Assembly (NCBI RefSeq): GCF_902459465.1
Contig: NC_047062.1
Span: 10,168,001 to 10,232,000, forward strand
DNA: 64,000 bases
From: Asterias rubens
Lineage: Eukaryota
Direction of reading: 5' to 3'
Part shown: positions 1-12,100 of the stretch, piece by piece
Numbering within the stretch: the first letter of the stretch is position 1
Layout: each line of letters starts with the position of its first letter
Made by a program: the position numbers and the translations under genes
The notes under the pieces: model-generated
Told to the model about the DNA's origin: nothing
Database searches by the model: none
Seen by the model: only the letters and a program-made list of their open reading frames with translations

Positions 1-767
1 CTGATTCAATTTCTCACATTGTTGGTCGAAAACTCAAGCTGAAATTTCCCTGCAGAGGTTTGTTAAAAAAGTTATTTCCCAAAATCCCTTGATCGGAAAA
101 ATCACACCAATGGCGTTGGCAGAGAGATACAAAAGGGAGGGACGTTTTTTTGGTTTTTTTTAACTGCGCGCATGGTCGTGATCTAATTTGCAGAGACTCG
201 GACACATGCCAAGGAGACCTATATTACTAAATGTCTGCTCAAAATAAGACGTGCCATCTTCACACACTCTCTCAAGGATTTCAGAATAACACAACCATGT
301 GGGGGGGAGGAAACCTTGCCTTATATACAGTTTTAATCAATGTCAGAGGACGTGCGTTTTGTGTTTGATAAATTACATTCTGGAAAACGGCCTCCAATCT
401 GGTTCTGTCAATTGTAGACGTCTACTATGAAGTGGAAACGTCTTCTCACAAACAAAAAGTTCAAATTTATAAAACCAGAAACTGGTCCTGGAAAATATTT
501 CAATCTGAATTGTCCCTTTCATACTGTATGCTAAATCAAAATAACCAAGTAATGATGGTCCATGAAATATAAATTGTTTAGCAATTTCTTGAAATGGGGT
601 CGCCAAACTTTTATTTTTGCAGTTTAGTTGAATGGTACTTCTACATGTACATTGTAGGTATCTATTGAAAACATACAGTTTATTAAAAAGCGAGAGGTTA
701 AGAAAGAGTTTACATGTACTCATCAAATAAAAAATTCACTAAAAATTTATGACCATAAAAACTTAGT

Positions 768-918
768 AGATGTTAAATTTGCATTTGGGGATAAAGAATA
801 TTCATTTTGGTTTTTACCCATATACATCGATCTGTGTTAACACTGTATATTCCTACCTTAGTTCTGTGAACAAAATCACAGGCATATTACTTGGGTGGGA
901 TTCGAACCCACGACCTTA
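768..918 (-). mobile_element. tRNA-related (SINE-like) repeat family 1, partial
   Basis: gggattcgaacccacgacc (B-box on - strand) and a body shared with 43995-44745 and 47727-48665. Confidence 0.65.
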
Positions 919-1272
919 ATAACTTGATTACAAGCTCTGCAGCTGTTGACAATGTATTACATTTTAAGAAATGATTCCCTTCTTGGGAATGTGGTTTTAG
1001 AGAATAGGGATTCAAACAAGTTTCAATATGAGAACTGTTCTGCATTATAAGTTTCTCAGATACAGTTTCTTTCCCATGGTGATATCTCAACAAACGCTAC
1101 CACCATTTGAAATGACATTTTTCGCAAGTTGGTTTTACAGTCTATACATGTATCTATATTCATATAGAATTAAAACAATGAAAGGGTTAAAAAAACTAAA
1201 GATATACTTCACGGTAAAGCTATAAGCATATCAAGTCAAGATGTGAAATTGTGCGACCACATTCCTCATTAG

Positions 1273-1652
1273 AGATAGTGGACACTATTGGTAATTGTCA
1301 AAGACCAGTCTTCTCACTTGGTGTACCTCAACATATGCATAAAATAACAAACCTGTGAAAATTTGAGCTCAATCGGTCGTTGAATTTGCGAGATAATAAT
1401 GAAAGAAAAAACACTATTGTTACACGAAGTTGTGTGCTTTCTGATGCTTGATTTCGAGACCTCAAATTCTAAACTTGAGGTCTCGAAATCAAATTCGTGG
1501 AAAATTATTTTTTATCGAAAACTACGTCAATTCAGAGGGAGCTGTTTCTCACAATGTTTTATACCATCAACCACTCCCCAATACTCGTAATCAAGAAAGG
1601 TTTTATGATGATGATTATTTTGAGTAATTACCAATAGTATTCCAAGTTGCCT
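1273..1652 (+). mobile_element. Kolobok-like MITE family A (~380 bp)
   Basis: TIR ggacactattggtaatt...aattaccaatagt and central hairpin gatttcgagacctcaaa...ttgaggtctcgaaatc; one of about ten copies in the window. Confidence 0.75.
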
Positions 1653-1990
1653 TGATGCCACTAAAAGCTCCAACCAACAGCATTAACTTGTCACATTGTT
1701 CAATTCCCTCCAATTAATGTGACCTTGCTTTTAGTTAAGCCCACTAATGAGCAGTTCAGGTCATATTAAATGTTTGCCTTGATGCTTGGCTGTCGCAATT
1801 AACTAGGTACAGGAGTCTACTGTACAGTGTATCAGATGTGTACAGTCACTTCATGAAATCCATGGACCTTGTAGTGTATTTTTCCTCCATGGTTAATTCA
1901 ATATGTTTGTTTGAAGTGCCTCACAAATTTGCCATTATAGATAAACAAAATATACTGCACAATAGGGTTAGTGATAATAAAATATAATGG

Positions 1991-2118
1991 TCTACGTCAC
2001 TCTACTTACCTGTAGAGCAAATTACTACAATTGCATATTCCCTATGCGCCGCTAGGTAACACTAAGACTTTTTACAACAAGTGCAACAGCGCCCTCCATC
2101 GCCCAGTGCACGACGGCG
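1991..2118 (+). repeat. DIRS left terminal repeat (ITR)
   Basis: 2003-2118 is the exact reverse complement of 7296-7411; 1991-2037 is the exact reverse complement of ICR half 7134-7180. Confidence 0.95.
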
Positions 2119-2327
2119 CGAACGCCATGCGCAATCGCCCTCTTTCTCTCTTAGCTCCGAACAGGTGACACGTTAATTTTTTAGGCTCCCTAGAAAATTG
2201 TTACTTTTCCGTTAAACTGAGTCTCTTTTGAGATATAAAATAAACTGTGTTATTTTATTATTGTTACTTGATAAAGACGTGTTTGTAGAGTGTGTGTGTC
2301 GTCTTTATTAATTTCTTAGTTGATAAA

Positions 2328-3960
2328 ATGAGTTCTAGAAAGGCAGGGAGGGGTCGCACTGTCGCTACCGGGGATACTTCCCTTTCCCCGGGACAGCTCG
2401 ACTCCTCGGGGGGCTACGTCGTTGACGGTCCGTCGTCTGCGCAGTCCTCCCAACCTTCACAGCCCCTGCGTGCTGCGTCGGTCGTGGACCCCGTTGACTT
2501 CGGGGGGAACATTTCCCGTTCCCCCTCGTCGGTCAGCGTCCAGGGGTCCAACCTGTCTAAGGGTAAACGCCCGGGTACAAGCAAGAAAACAAAAAATCCT
2601 GCTACCCGGGCCGTTTCCAAAAAGAATAAGGCAGGCAAAGGAAACCCCGTTCCGGGGTCTTCCACACCTGCCGCTAAGCCACCCACTGGCCTACTGCGGA
2701 CGGAGGGGGTCCCCCCTCCGCGTGTCTCAGTGCGCCACTCCCCATCCAGCCCCACCGAATCTCCCTCGGTGGCCGTGGTGGGGGACGGGGTTGGGTTTGC
2801 CGACCGTAACCCGGCCGCTCATGCCATCAGGCTGGGCGCGCTGGTGGTCGGTAGGCAGATTGCCCATGCCGAGCCGGCGAACTGGGGTTCGCCTGGTATC
2901 CCGCGCTCGGTGGGTCCGTCCTCATCCTCGGGTTTTACCCGTTGTTCTGGGGTCCCCGTGACACAACCCTTGTCCGAAGGGACATCTGAGGTCACCCCAT
3001 CCCTTTCTTCCCGTCGAGGGAAAAAGGCCAAAAAGGGGAGTAGGTCACAGGGCTCTTCGAGCTCCAGTGATTCCTCCCACAGGGGCAAACGTCACCGCGG
3101 TGACTCGCTTTCACGGGCCGACTTTATGGAGGCCTTTCAAGCGTTGACCGCCTCCCTGACGGGCAGGTTGGAGCAGGGCCATGGCCCAGTGGCTCCGCCC
3201 GTTGTGTCGGCCCTTCATGGCGTGTCAGCCCCGCCAGGTTTCCCGGCCCGGGTCGACGCACCGGTCCCGTTCGACCACCAGTGGGTGGCCTCGGGTAGCG
3301 GTATCCCTCATACCGTGAGCAGGGCCCCGGCGTCTCCGCCGTGCCACCGCTCGGTACCTGTGCCAATGCAGACTCGTGTCCCTGCGGTATCCCTGGCCCC
3401 TGTGGGGCCACCTGTGACCGCCAGGACTGTAATACCCCTGTCGGGGATCAGTTTGCACCCGGCGTCAGTATTCTCTGACTCAAGTTCATCTATCGGCCAT
3501 GATTATAATACTGGGCACTCGCCCGGGACGAGTCGCCCCCCTGGGGATGACTCGTCCCCAGAAGAGGACGAGTTGACCGCTATGCAGCGGTTGTCAATTC
3601 GTGAGACTGAGTTGCGGCTCGTTCAGCGGGACATGATCCTGCCCCTGGATCGTGTTTGCACAGATCGCATGGATGCAGTTATGCAGGCAGGGAAATGGCG
3701 GGCGCATGCTTCACGCGCTGAAGCTTACTATCGTTTTCCCCAAGAAACCGGCTGCGCCCAAGGCCAAGGCGAAGAAGCAAGCCTCCTATACCATACCACG
3801 GCGTCAACCTCAACGGCCCACCCGTGGTGGGTTTCGCGGCAGGGCCGACACTCAATCTAGTGTCCGAGCCGCGCCGACCCAGATGGGGCACCAGCGCCCT
3901 CAATCGGGGCGGGGTTTTCACGCGCCAAACTCCCGATTCCCGGGGGCATGGCGCAAGTGA
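2328..3960 (+). pseudogene. DIRS ORF1 (gag-like), frameshifted near 3650-3720
   Basis: Ser/Pro/Lys-rich ORF from ATG 2328 (MSSRKAG). A basic, Arg/Gly-rich C-terminal part (KKPAAPKAKAKKQ...RGGFRGR) continues in the overlapping frame 3652-3960. Position upstream of RT matches DIRS ORF1. Confidence 0.7.
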
Positions 3961-5990
3961 CTCGCTTGCCTCAAGGCGGCCTCCCACCGACGGACACTTG
4001 GGGGGCTGCCTTCAAAAATTTCTGGGGTCCTGGGGACAGGTTGTCTCCGACCGGTGGGTCCTCGAGACACTCGAGTACGGCTACGCGCTCGAGTTCACGG
4101 GGACCCCCCCGTCGGACATGATAATTCGGCCCACGCCGATCCCGTCCGACATGGGGAAGCGGTTGGCTCTCGAGAGGGAGATCTCCTCCCTCCTCCAGAA
4201 ACAAGCAATTTACGCCGCTCCCCTGCAAGGGGCGCGGACGGGTTTCATGTCCACCTTCTTCCTGGTTCCCAAGAAGGAGGTGGGCGAGTGGCGCCCCATC
4301 CTAAACCTGAAACCCCTCAACAGATTCATACGTCCGCAGCGCTTCCGTATGGAGACGCTGCGGACCATTCTCGAATCTATTGTCACACCCGCCTGGGGGT
4401 CGAGCTTGGACCTGAGGGAAGCGTACCTCCACGTGCCCATCAGGCCCGAGGATCGCAAATTCCTACGCTTTATGTACAACAGCGTCATGTACGAGTTTGC
4501 GACCCTGCCCTTCGGGTTGTCCACTTCGCCCTGGGTGTTCACCCGGGTAGTGAAGACAATCGGGGCTGCTCTACGGAGGCGCGGGGTCATGATCTTCATG
4601 TACCTCGACGACTGGCTGGTCGTGGGGCCATCGCGGGCGGCGGCGGCTGGGCGCTCAGGTTCACCTGGCGCCTCACTTCCGATCTCGGTTTCTAGTGAAC
4701 ACCGAAAAGTCGCACCCGATACCCTCGCAGACCCCTACCTTCCTCGGAGCGGCTCTCGATCTCCGCCCACCGAGGGGACTAGCCTGCCCTACGGAGGACC
4801 GCGTACTGAATCTTTTTTCTTTCCCTCTTTCTCCCAGCGGCGGTGGCACCGGCAAGGGCTTGGCTCAGGCTCCTTGGCCTTATGGCCAGCATGGTGGACT
4901 TGGTGGATTTTTGTCGACTCCGGATGCGGCCAATTCAGCTCCATCTGAATCCGTCTTTTTACCGCCCTCGACACCACCCTATCCACCTGCCGGTACCCAC
5001 TACGCCCTGGCTGATCCCGCACTTGCGGTGGTGGCTGGACGAGGCCCATCTTACTCAGGGGCGCGTGTTCCGCCCCCCTCAGCCTTCGGTGACCATTGTC
5101 ACCGATGCGTCACAGCAGGGCTGGGGGGCGTCCCTCCACCCGTGCCAGATCGCGGGACAGTGGGGCCCGGAGCACCGCTCGTCCCACATCAATGTCCTAG
5201 AGTTGATGGCGGTCTTCAATGCCCTTCGGCATTTTCAGACTGCGGTGTCGGGACGCGCGGTGCGACAATACCACGGTCGTGGCTTATGTCAACCGCCAGG
5301 GAGGTACCCGGTCGGCGCAGTTGTGCGCCCTGACTTGGGAACTCCTTCACTGGTGCATCCGCCAGGGCGTTGCTCTGTCGGCAATCCACATCCTGGGGGT
5401 AGAGAATGTGACAGCCGATGCCCTCTCCAGGGGCTGGATTGCCCCGACAGAGTGGTCCTTGCTCCCTCAGGTGGCACAGACCCTCTTCCGGCTGATCGAC
5501 CGGCCCCACGTAGACTTGTTTGCCTCACGGGCAAACAATCAGCTGCCAACGTATTGCTCAAGGGTTCCAGACCCCAACGCATGGCAGATCGACGCCCTGT
5601 CGATTCCGTGGGAGGGCCTCCTGGCTTACGCCTTTCCGCCATTCTCGCTCATCCCCCGGGTGTTAACCAAGATATAGACCGCCCACTGCCGGGTGCTCCT
5701 CATAGCCCCGTTCTGGCTGCGTCAGCCGTGGTTCCCTCGACTCGTGAGGCTCCTTGTCCACCGCCCGGTGGTCCTGCCTCAACGTCCGGATCTCCTTTAT
5801 CAACCCAGTTCCGGGATGATTCATCCGGCCCCGAGGGAACTCCACCTGACGTGCTGGGTGTTATCACCCAGTCACTCCGCACAGCAGGCCTTTCACGCCG
5901 GGCTGCAGAGCTTGCCGCCCAGTCGAGGCGTGCCTCCACTCGTAAGATCTACGATTGCCGACTACGCCATTTCTTTAAATGGTGTAGACG
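3940..5990 (+). pseudogene. DIRS pol: reverse transcriptase, RNase H and DAM-like N6-adenine methyltransferase domain, disrupted by several frameshifts
   Basis: RT motifs FFLVPKK, RPILNLK, LDLREAYLHVPI, LPFGLSTSP, YLDD. RNase H VTDASQQGWGA, HINVLEL, DNTTVVAYVNRQGGTRS, NVTADALSR. Methylase-like VDLFAS and YAFPPFSLI. Motifs are spread over ORFs 3824, 4843, 5219 and 5693. Boundaries approximate. Confidence 0.9.
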
Positions 5991-6858
5991 GCGATCTGTA
6001 CGTCCCCCCCAGTGCTTCTCTGAAGGACATAGGGGATTTTCTTCTTTACCTTTACGAGAGTGGGCTAGCGACTGCCACGGTTAAAAACTACCGGTCGGCC
6101 ATTGCAGCCATTCATGAGGGCTTTCCTGATGGCTCCTCGGTTTCTACCAATCGAGCGATCTGTCAGCTGGCAAGGGGCATGTTTGTATCCCGGCCTCCGG
6201 TACGCAAACTTGTCCCGTCTTGGGACCTCCAGAGTGTTCTATCCACTCTAGCAGGTCCCCCATTCGAACCCCTCAGCAACGTTCCTTTGCTGCAGTTGTC
6301 GATAAAGGTTTCCTTTCTGCTGGCGGCCGCCACGTCGCGCAGACGTAGCGAGCTCCACGCCCTGACACTGGCACCGGGTCACATTCGTTTGGAACCCGGT
6401 GGTGTCCGGCTGGTTCCTGACGAAGAATCAGTCTGACTCTTTTCAGCCCCCGGACATTTTCGTTCCGGACTTAAAATCCTTCTCTGCGGTTGGGGCTGAC
6501 AGACTGTGGTGCCCTGTCTGGGCGCTTAAATGGTACATAAGCCACACCAAGCCTATCCGCTCCGGCCATCACCAACTATTCTTGGCCTCCACAACCCCTC
6601 ATCGCTTGCTGGATTGTTACCGCCATCCGCTCCGTCCCGGGCGGGTGGCCGGCGGCCGAGGGCAATATTCACGTCCGCAGGGTGTCGTCCTCTTGGTATT
6701 TTTTTAAAGGTATACCGATAGAGGATATAACCAAGGCAGCCTGTTGGAAGAGTGCTACAACCTTCTCACAATGCTACCTGAAGGACGTACTCCAGACCGA
6801 CGGCCAGGCAGGCCGTGCGGTGTTGCAGTCGGCCTCCCGTGGGTCATCCTCCCGCTAG
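5850..6858 (+). pseudogene. DIRS tyrosine recombinase (phage-integrase family), frameshifted
   Basis: STRKIYDCRLRHFFKWC; TVKNYRSAI; PSWDL; FLLAAATSRRRSELHAL (catalytic R); CPVWALKWY; then HVRRVSSSW...AACWKSATTFSQCYLKDV (H-x-x-R, W, Y) ending at TAG 6856-6858. Start approximate. Confidence 0.88.
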
Positions 6859-7133
6859 TCCTCTTCGCATCAAGTCTTCACCCTCGGTGAGTTCTTGTCT
6901 GTATACCATACATTTGTGCCACTGTTTAACATTGATAATGTTTTTTCCTTGTCCTATTGGGACGACACCCCCCGGGTCGTGTGCGGACAATGTGGCCCCC
7001 ATATTTTGCGTTTCTTATTCTTGCAACAGCTGGTGCCTCCTTCCGGTCGCGCCTCGTTGCCATGACGCCATAATAATTGTATGATATGCAATAGTCCCGC
7101 GTATACCCACCGCCTTCCTAAACGGTGCTAGTC

Positions 7134-7239
7134 TATGCAATTGTAGTAATTTGCTCTACAGGTAAGTAGAGTGACGTAGACTCCCCCCCCCGACAGTAGT
7201 GTGGGTAGGGTCTACGAACGAATACTTACCTGTAGAGCA
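7134..7239 (+). repeat. DIRS internal complementary region (ICR)
   Basis: 7134-7180 is complementary to the left terminus 1991-2037; 7193-7239 is complementary to the right terminus 7395-7441; the halves are joined by CT-C9-G. Confidence 0.95.
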
Positions 7240-7295
7240 TCCCTCCCGCCTGCCCCACTATACTTGGTTCTTGCATACTTGTACGTATGAGTTTC

Positions 7296-7448
7296 CGCCG
7301 TCGTGCACTGGGCGATGGAGGGCGCTGTTGCACTTGTTGTAAAAAGTCTTAGTGTTACCTAGCGGCGCATAGGGAATATGCAATTGTAGTAATTTGCTCT
7401 ACAGGTAAGTATTCGTTCGTAGACCCTACCCACACTACTGTGGGGGAG
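7296..7448 (+). repeat. DIRS right terminal repeat with 3' extension
   Basis: Reverse complement of the left ITR plus an extension (ttcgttcgtagaccctacccacactactgtgggggag) that is complementary to the ICR. Confidence 0.93.
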
Positions 7449-8632
7449 GATTTTGGGGTACAGTGCAATACACTTGATACATGTACGTACATATTATCAT
7501 GTAGCCTAAATTTATGGGCAAACAAATTGTTATTGAAAATAGGTTTAAAACAATATATTTATATAGAACACAAGAACACAACATTCAGTTACATTCATGT
7601 GTACGTACAATGTACATGTTTTATAAACCCCTCGCTTCAGCAATTTCAGATTTCCTCATTTGTGTCTAACACAGATTACAATCAAATGTCCATTTACTAC
7701 ACCTTTGTTGTCACTTGCTCATCTGGGTGTGGAAAGCTATAATTGGATGCTAAGTCCAGAAAACTTGAGTAATTACATTATTACTGCACCTGTGGGCATA
7801 CAGAACACCCCCCCCCCCCATCTGTCATTCTTCTTTCTTTTTTCTTTTTTTCTTTTTTTACACTCGACATGCAGATGACGTCAATGTCGTGTTTGAATTT
7901 ATTTATATCGAGATTTTCCATCAATTTTAATTTGTTTTTGTGAGAATGGTTACAGTCTCCTGCGAGACTGGCTGTCTGTTAACTATAAGAGACGTCTGAC
8001 ACTATTGCATATCAATTTGAGCGTCGGTACCCAAAAGCTATTAATTCTCTCAGGGTTTTTAAATCAGTGTTTTATTAATTGTTCATTTAAAGTAATTATC
8101 TAGTTGGAATTAAATCACAGACGTGGTGCCAATCTGTAATTACTCTGGTGAGGTGAGGTCAAATTATAATTTATGAGTGGCTACTGTTAAGAATTTTTGT
8201 TGAAGGTTTTCTGTTGCAAAGAAGTGATTGGTTGTTCCGTTGAAATGAGTTTTAGTTTTTTTCTGTTGAAAAGAAGTTTTACTCCTGTTGGAAAGAGTTG
8301 TTGATTTGTTCTGTTAATATTTTTGTTATCTTTTGGAAAGAGTGTTCCATATTCCTATTTGGAAAAAAATTGTTTGAGGTTTTCTGTTGAAAATAAGTTT
8401 TTGTATCCATGTTGAAATGATATTGGTGTCCATGTTGGAAAGGGTTGTTATTTGCTTTGGTAAGAATAGTTTTGTATCCATCCTAGTTTATTACAATAGA
8501 CCCAATTCCTTTTTATGCCAGAAAAGTTTGTTTCAGGCAAGTAAATGAAGCAGAGAAATATAAAGTTATCAAAGTTTTGAAAAGTTAGAAAACATCAAGT
8601 TTACAAGTGATTTTTTTTTATTTTATTTTTTA

Positions 8633-9013
8633 AGGCAATGGACACTATTGGTAATTACTCAAAACAAGTTTAAGGACCAAAATTTACTTGGTAACAAGCA
8701 ATGGAGAGCTGTTGATAGTATAAAACACTGTGAGAAACGGCTCAATCTGATGAAGTTAAGTAGTTTTCGAGAAAGAAGTAATTTTCCACGAATTTGATTT
8801 CGAGACCTCAGATTTAGAATTTGAGGTCACAAGAGTAAGCAATTTGAAAGCACACAACTTCGTGTAACCAGGATGTTTTTTCTTTCATTATTATCTCGCA
8901 ACTTCGATGACCAATTGAGCTCAAGTTTTCACAGGTTTGTTATTTTATGCATATTGAGGTAACACCAAGTGAGGAGACTGGTCTTTGACAGTTACAAATA
9001 GTGTCCAGTGTCT
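8633..9013 (-). mobile_element. Kolobok-like MITE family A
   Basis: aggcaatggacactattggtaatt...gtgtccagtgtct followed by TTAA. Confidence 0.8.
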
Positions 9014-9137
9014 TTAATTCCAGTAAAAAAATGTGAGTTAAAGCCCCTCTTAGTGATAAGCCTGGCTAGTTCAGTATTGAAAATATTCCCATTTAATTAC
9101 AAAAAATATTGTATTTTTTACATGTTTTCTTCTTCAG

Positions 9138-12100
9138 GGTTTTGAACCACGAGGCACAGTGATCAGCCAACGTTCCATAACATGGCAGAATATGCTTGAT
9201 CATACCGGTTCTGGTCAGCTCCTCTCGTTCTATCCAACCACCAGTCTCCATCCACAGCACGTCGTCAACACCCAGCGACCCTTACAGACCCAACTCTCAT
9301 CCACCTTAACCTCCCCAGCCTCTGCCTCAGTCACGCCTTCTCCTTTGGTGCCTGACTCAGTGGAGATCAACGGATCGGATGAGGTTCGGTCATTGGGGGA
9401 TGACGGCTCTGCCAGCAGCAGTTATAGTCAGTCGGATATTAGTGAGAACGGGGACTATCTCAACGATGATGATGTGGAGGTTCCATTCTTCTGCTCCAAT
9501 CCTTGTGAGTAACTAGTGTCTCTCAGATAAAAGACAAGTTTAAGTTTTAAGCAGTTAGCATGTCAAAGTTCTTGTATGACTTTAGTTAATGGCAGTAAAA
9601 TCACCCAAGGATGTGTCAAAACCTCCTTCTCCAAAATACGCAAATATATTGACACAAACACATGCCACGCTGCTGCCAGAGCCCTTGTGTTGTCTAGACT
9701 GGATTATTGTAACTCTCTCCTCAATGGTATTAAGCAAGCTGACATTGACCGTCTACAAAGGCTCCAAAACAATGCTGCACGTATCATTTTCTTGCAACCC
9801 AAATACACACACGCATCCACTCTTCTCAAACAATTACACTGGTTACCAGTTAAACAACGCATCACCTTCAAAACATCAGTGAACATGCACAAAGCACTCT
9901 CTAACGTACTTCCACAATACCTTACAGAGTCGCTAAATTTCAACAAACCTGGCCGGAGTGGGCTCCGCTCCGGCCAGAATCTAACAATCCCTCGCACACA
10001 CAAAATGGCAGGGGACCGGTCCTTTTCAGTCGCTGGTCCCCGGTGCTGGAACGCCCTACCAAGTCATATTCGGAACACCAACACACTCCAGACATTCAAG
10101 AGTAAATTAAAAACATATCTATTCTCATAATCGTCTTTTCCGTAGCACTCTTCCAGCGCATTGAATTTTGTAAAATGCGCTTTATAAGTCTCGTTTATTA
10201 TTATTATTATTCAGAAGTCAGTCTGGCTTGTTCAGTGTTGAAAATATCCCATTTAGTATGAAGTAGGGACTAGTGTAAAAGCAATTTGTGGACTTGTTGA
10301 ATGACAAGCTTACTGGTCCCTTCAAAAGTCACCTCAAATTTCAAGGAAACCCAATGAAACCCAACCATCAGAGAAAATTTATCAAAAACATTGTGTATAT
10401 TGTTAGCTTTAGCTTTACATGTTTGTACAAGGCTACATTTACCTCCATGCTTTTCAATCATTTTAGGGGCAGGCAATTTATGCGGGCAGTTACTTTATTT
10501 TCATAAAATTATAATGTTCACTCTGGTACATGTACAATGTAGGTGTCTCTCTAGAGACTCTGCAGGTATTTGATGATTTTATGCATTCAATTTTGTTTCC
10601 CTTTCAGGTTAAAATTATACTTGCAGGGTCAGTTACTTTTGGATGGAGAAAGATAATTGTACTTGAGCATCTTATTTCAAGATACAACAATCATGGCAGG
10701 TTTCTTGTCACGTTTGCATGGTTAAGTGATCATGTTTTGACCACGCAATTTCACATCCAGTTGTTTCATTTTATTAAAAGCTGTTTTTTGTTTGTTTTCC
10801 ACACAGCAAGGGACTATGCTCGAGTTGTTTTAGAACCTGTGCAGGCCCATAATCTTCTGACCTTGCAAGGCCTACAGGCCATGTGTCAGCTGGAGACAAC
10901 GGCCATTCGCCAGCATCTACAATTCATGAGAAACTGCTACACAGACAAGAAGGGATCATGCTGTCGCAGCTGGTCCATCGGTAACTATGTAGCATTGCTA
11001 AGCAACAGATCCAGCTGCATGGAGATTACAGAGAAGGACGTTGCGGACACTGTGGAGCTGCTTCAGAAGTGTTCTCATTTCTACCGGAGTCGAGATCTTC
11101 AACCGAATTGCTGGGAGTCCCGGGAGTCCCAGGAGTGGAAACCTTGCCCAACGAATATACACGAGGACTGTATCCGCTATGACGCTGTCTACTCTATAAT
11201 GCATTACCTTGCAGACGTCGGATTCTTGAGCGTGGAGAAGCCTAATAATGTGGAGGTCAAGAACACAATGATCATTATCCCAGTATATGCTGGGAATGAT
11301 ATGATAGAAATCTACGAGGACGTCTTTAAGGATAAGGAGGTGGCCAATGCCGAGGTCAAAGTAACGGGATTGTGTTTCAATCTCAAGTACGATCTCTTTG
11401 GAGAGTACTTAACGACGGAGGCATTGTACCCTTGCCTTGGAGTGTTAATTATCATAATCCTCATGTGGATGTACATTGGATCCCTCTTCATTACCGTCAT
11501 GACTGTGATCAGTATGGCAATGTCGCTCATTGTGGCATATTTCCTCTACCGTATTGTATTCGGCATTCCCTTCTTTCCGTTTATGAATCTAACCACGGTC
11601 ATTCTCCTTGTTGGAATTGGAGCGGACGATGCCTTTGTGTATTGTGACATTTGGAAGCGCACAAACTCGGATCACGTTAACACCCCACAAGTACTGATCC
11701 TCTTGGACACGCTTCGGCACGCTGTCGTCTCAATGTTTGTAACCAGCCTCACCACAGCATCCGCATTCTTTGCAAATACAATCAGCAAAATTACCTCCAT
11801 CAAGTGCTTTGGCATTTTCGCGGGGACGACGATCCTCGTCAACTGCTTCTTCACTGTCACCTGGTTGCCTGCAGTAGTCACAATTTATGACTATTACTTA
11901 AATGGTTACTCCTCTAGAAGAACAGAAAAGAGAGAGTACAGAACGCACAAATGGAAACACTCTTGCTGCACTAACATACTGCGGTGCTTGAACAAAATAA
12001 AGTACATCACCAGTGAGTGGTCCCGTATTTTTTTTGATAAGATACTGCCCTGTGTTGTTATTAAGCTACGTTACGTTTGGCTGCTCACCCTAGGCACGCT

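Larger units (their letters stand above)
1990..7448 (+). mobile_element. DIRS1-type tyrosine-recombinase retrotransposon, full length, ORFs frameshifted
   Basis: 116-bp inverted terminal repeats (2003-2118 = reverse complement of 7296-7411, identical by eye). Right-end extension 7412-7448. Internal complementary region 7134-7239. Internal order gag-like ORF, RT (YLDD), RNase H, DAM-like methylase, tyrosine recombinase. No TSD, as expected for YR integration. Confidence 0.95.

Noticed and set aside
1399-1590. Recurrent small ORFs ([17 protein letters not shown]...) at many loci
   Set aside because: Chance translations of the MITE family A interior, not a protein family.
10530-10806. N-terminal extension of the 1085-aa DISP1 ORF
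   Set aside because: Intronic read-through; a phase-compatible acceptor at 10805-06 joins the upstream exon exactly where homology begins.
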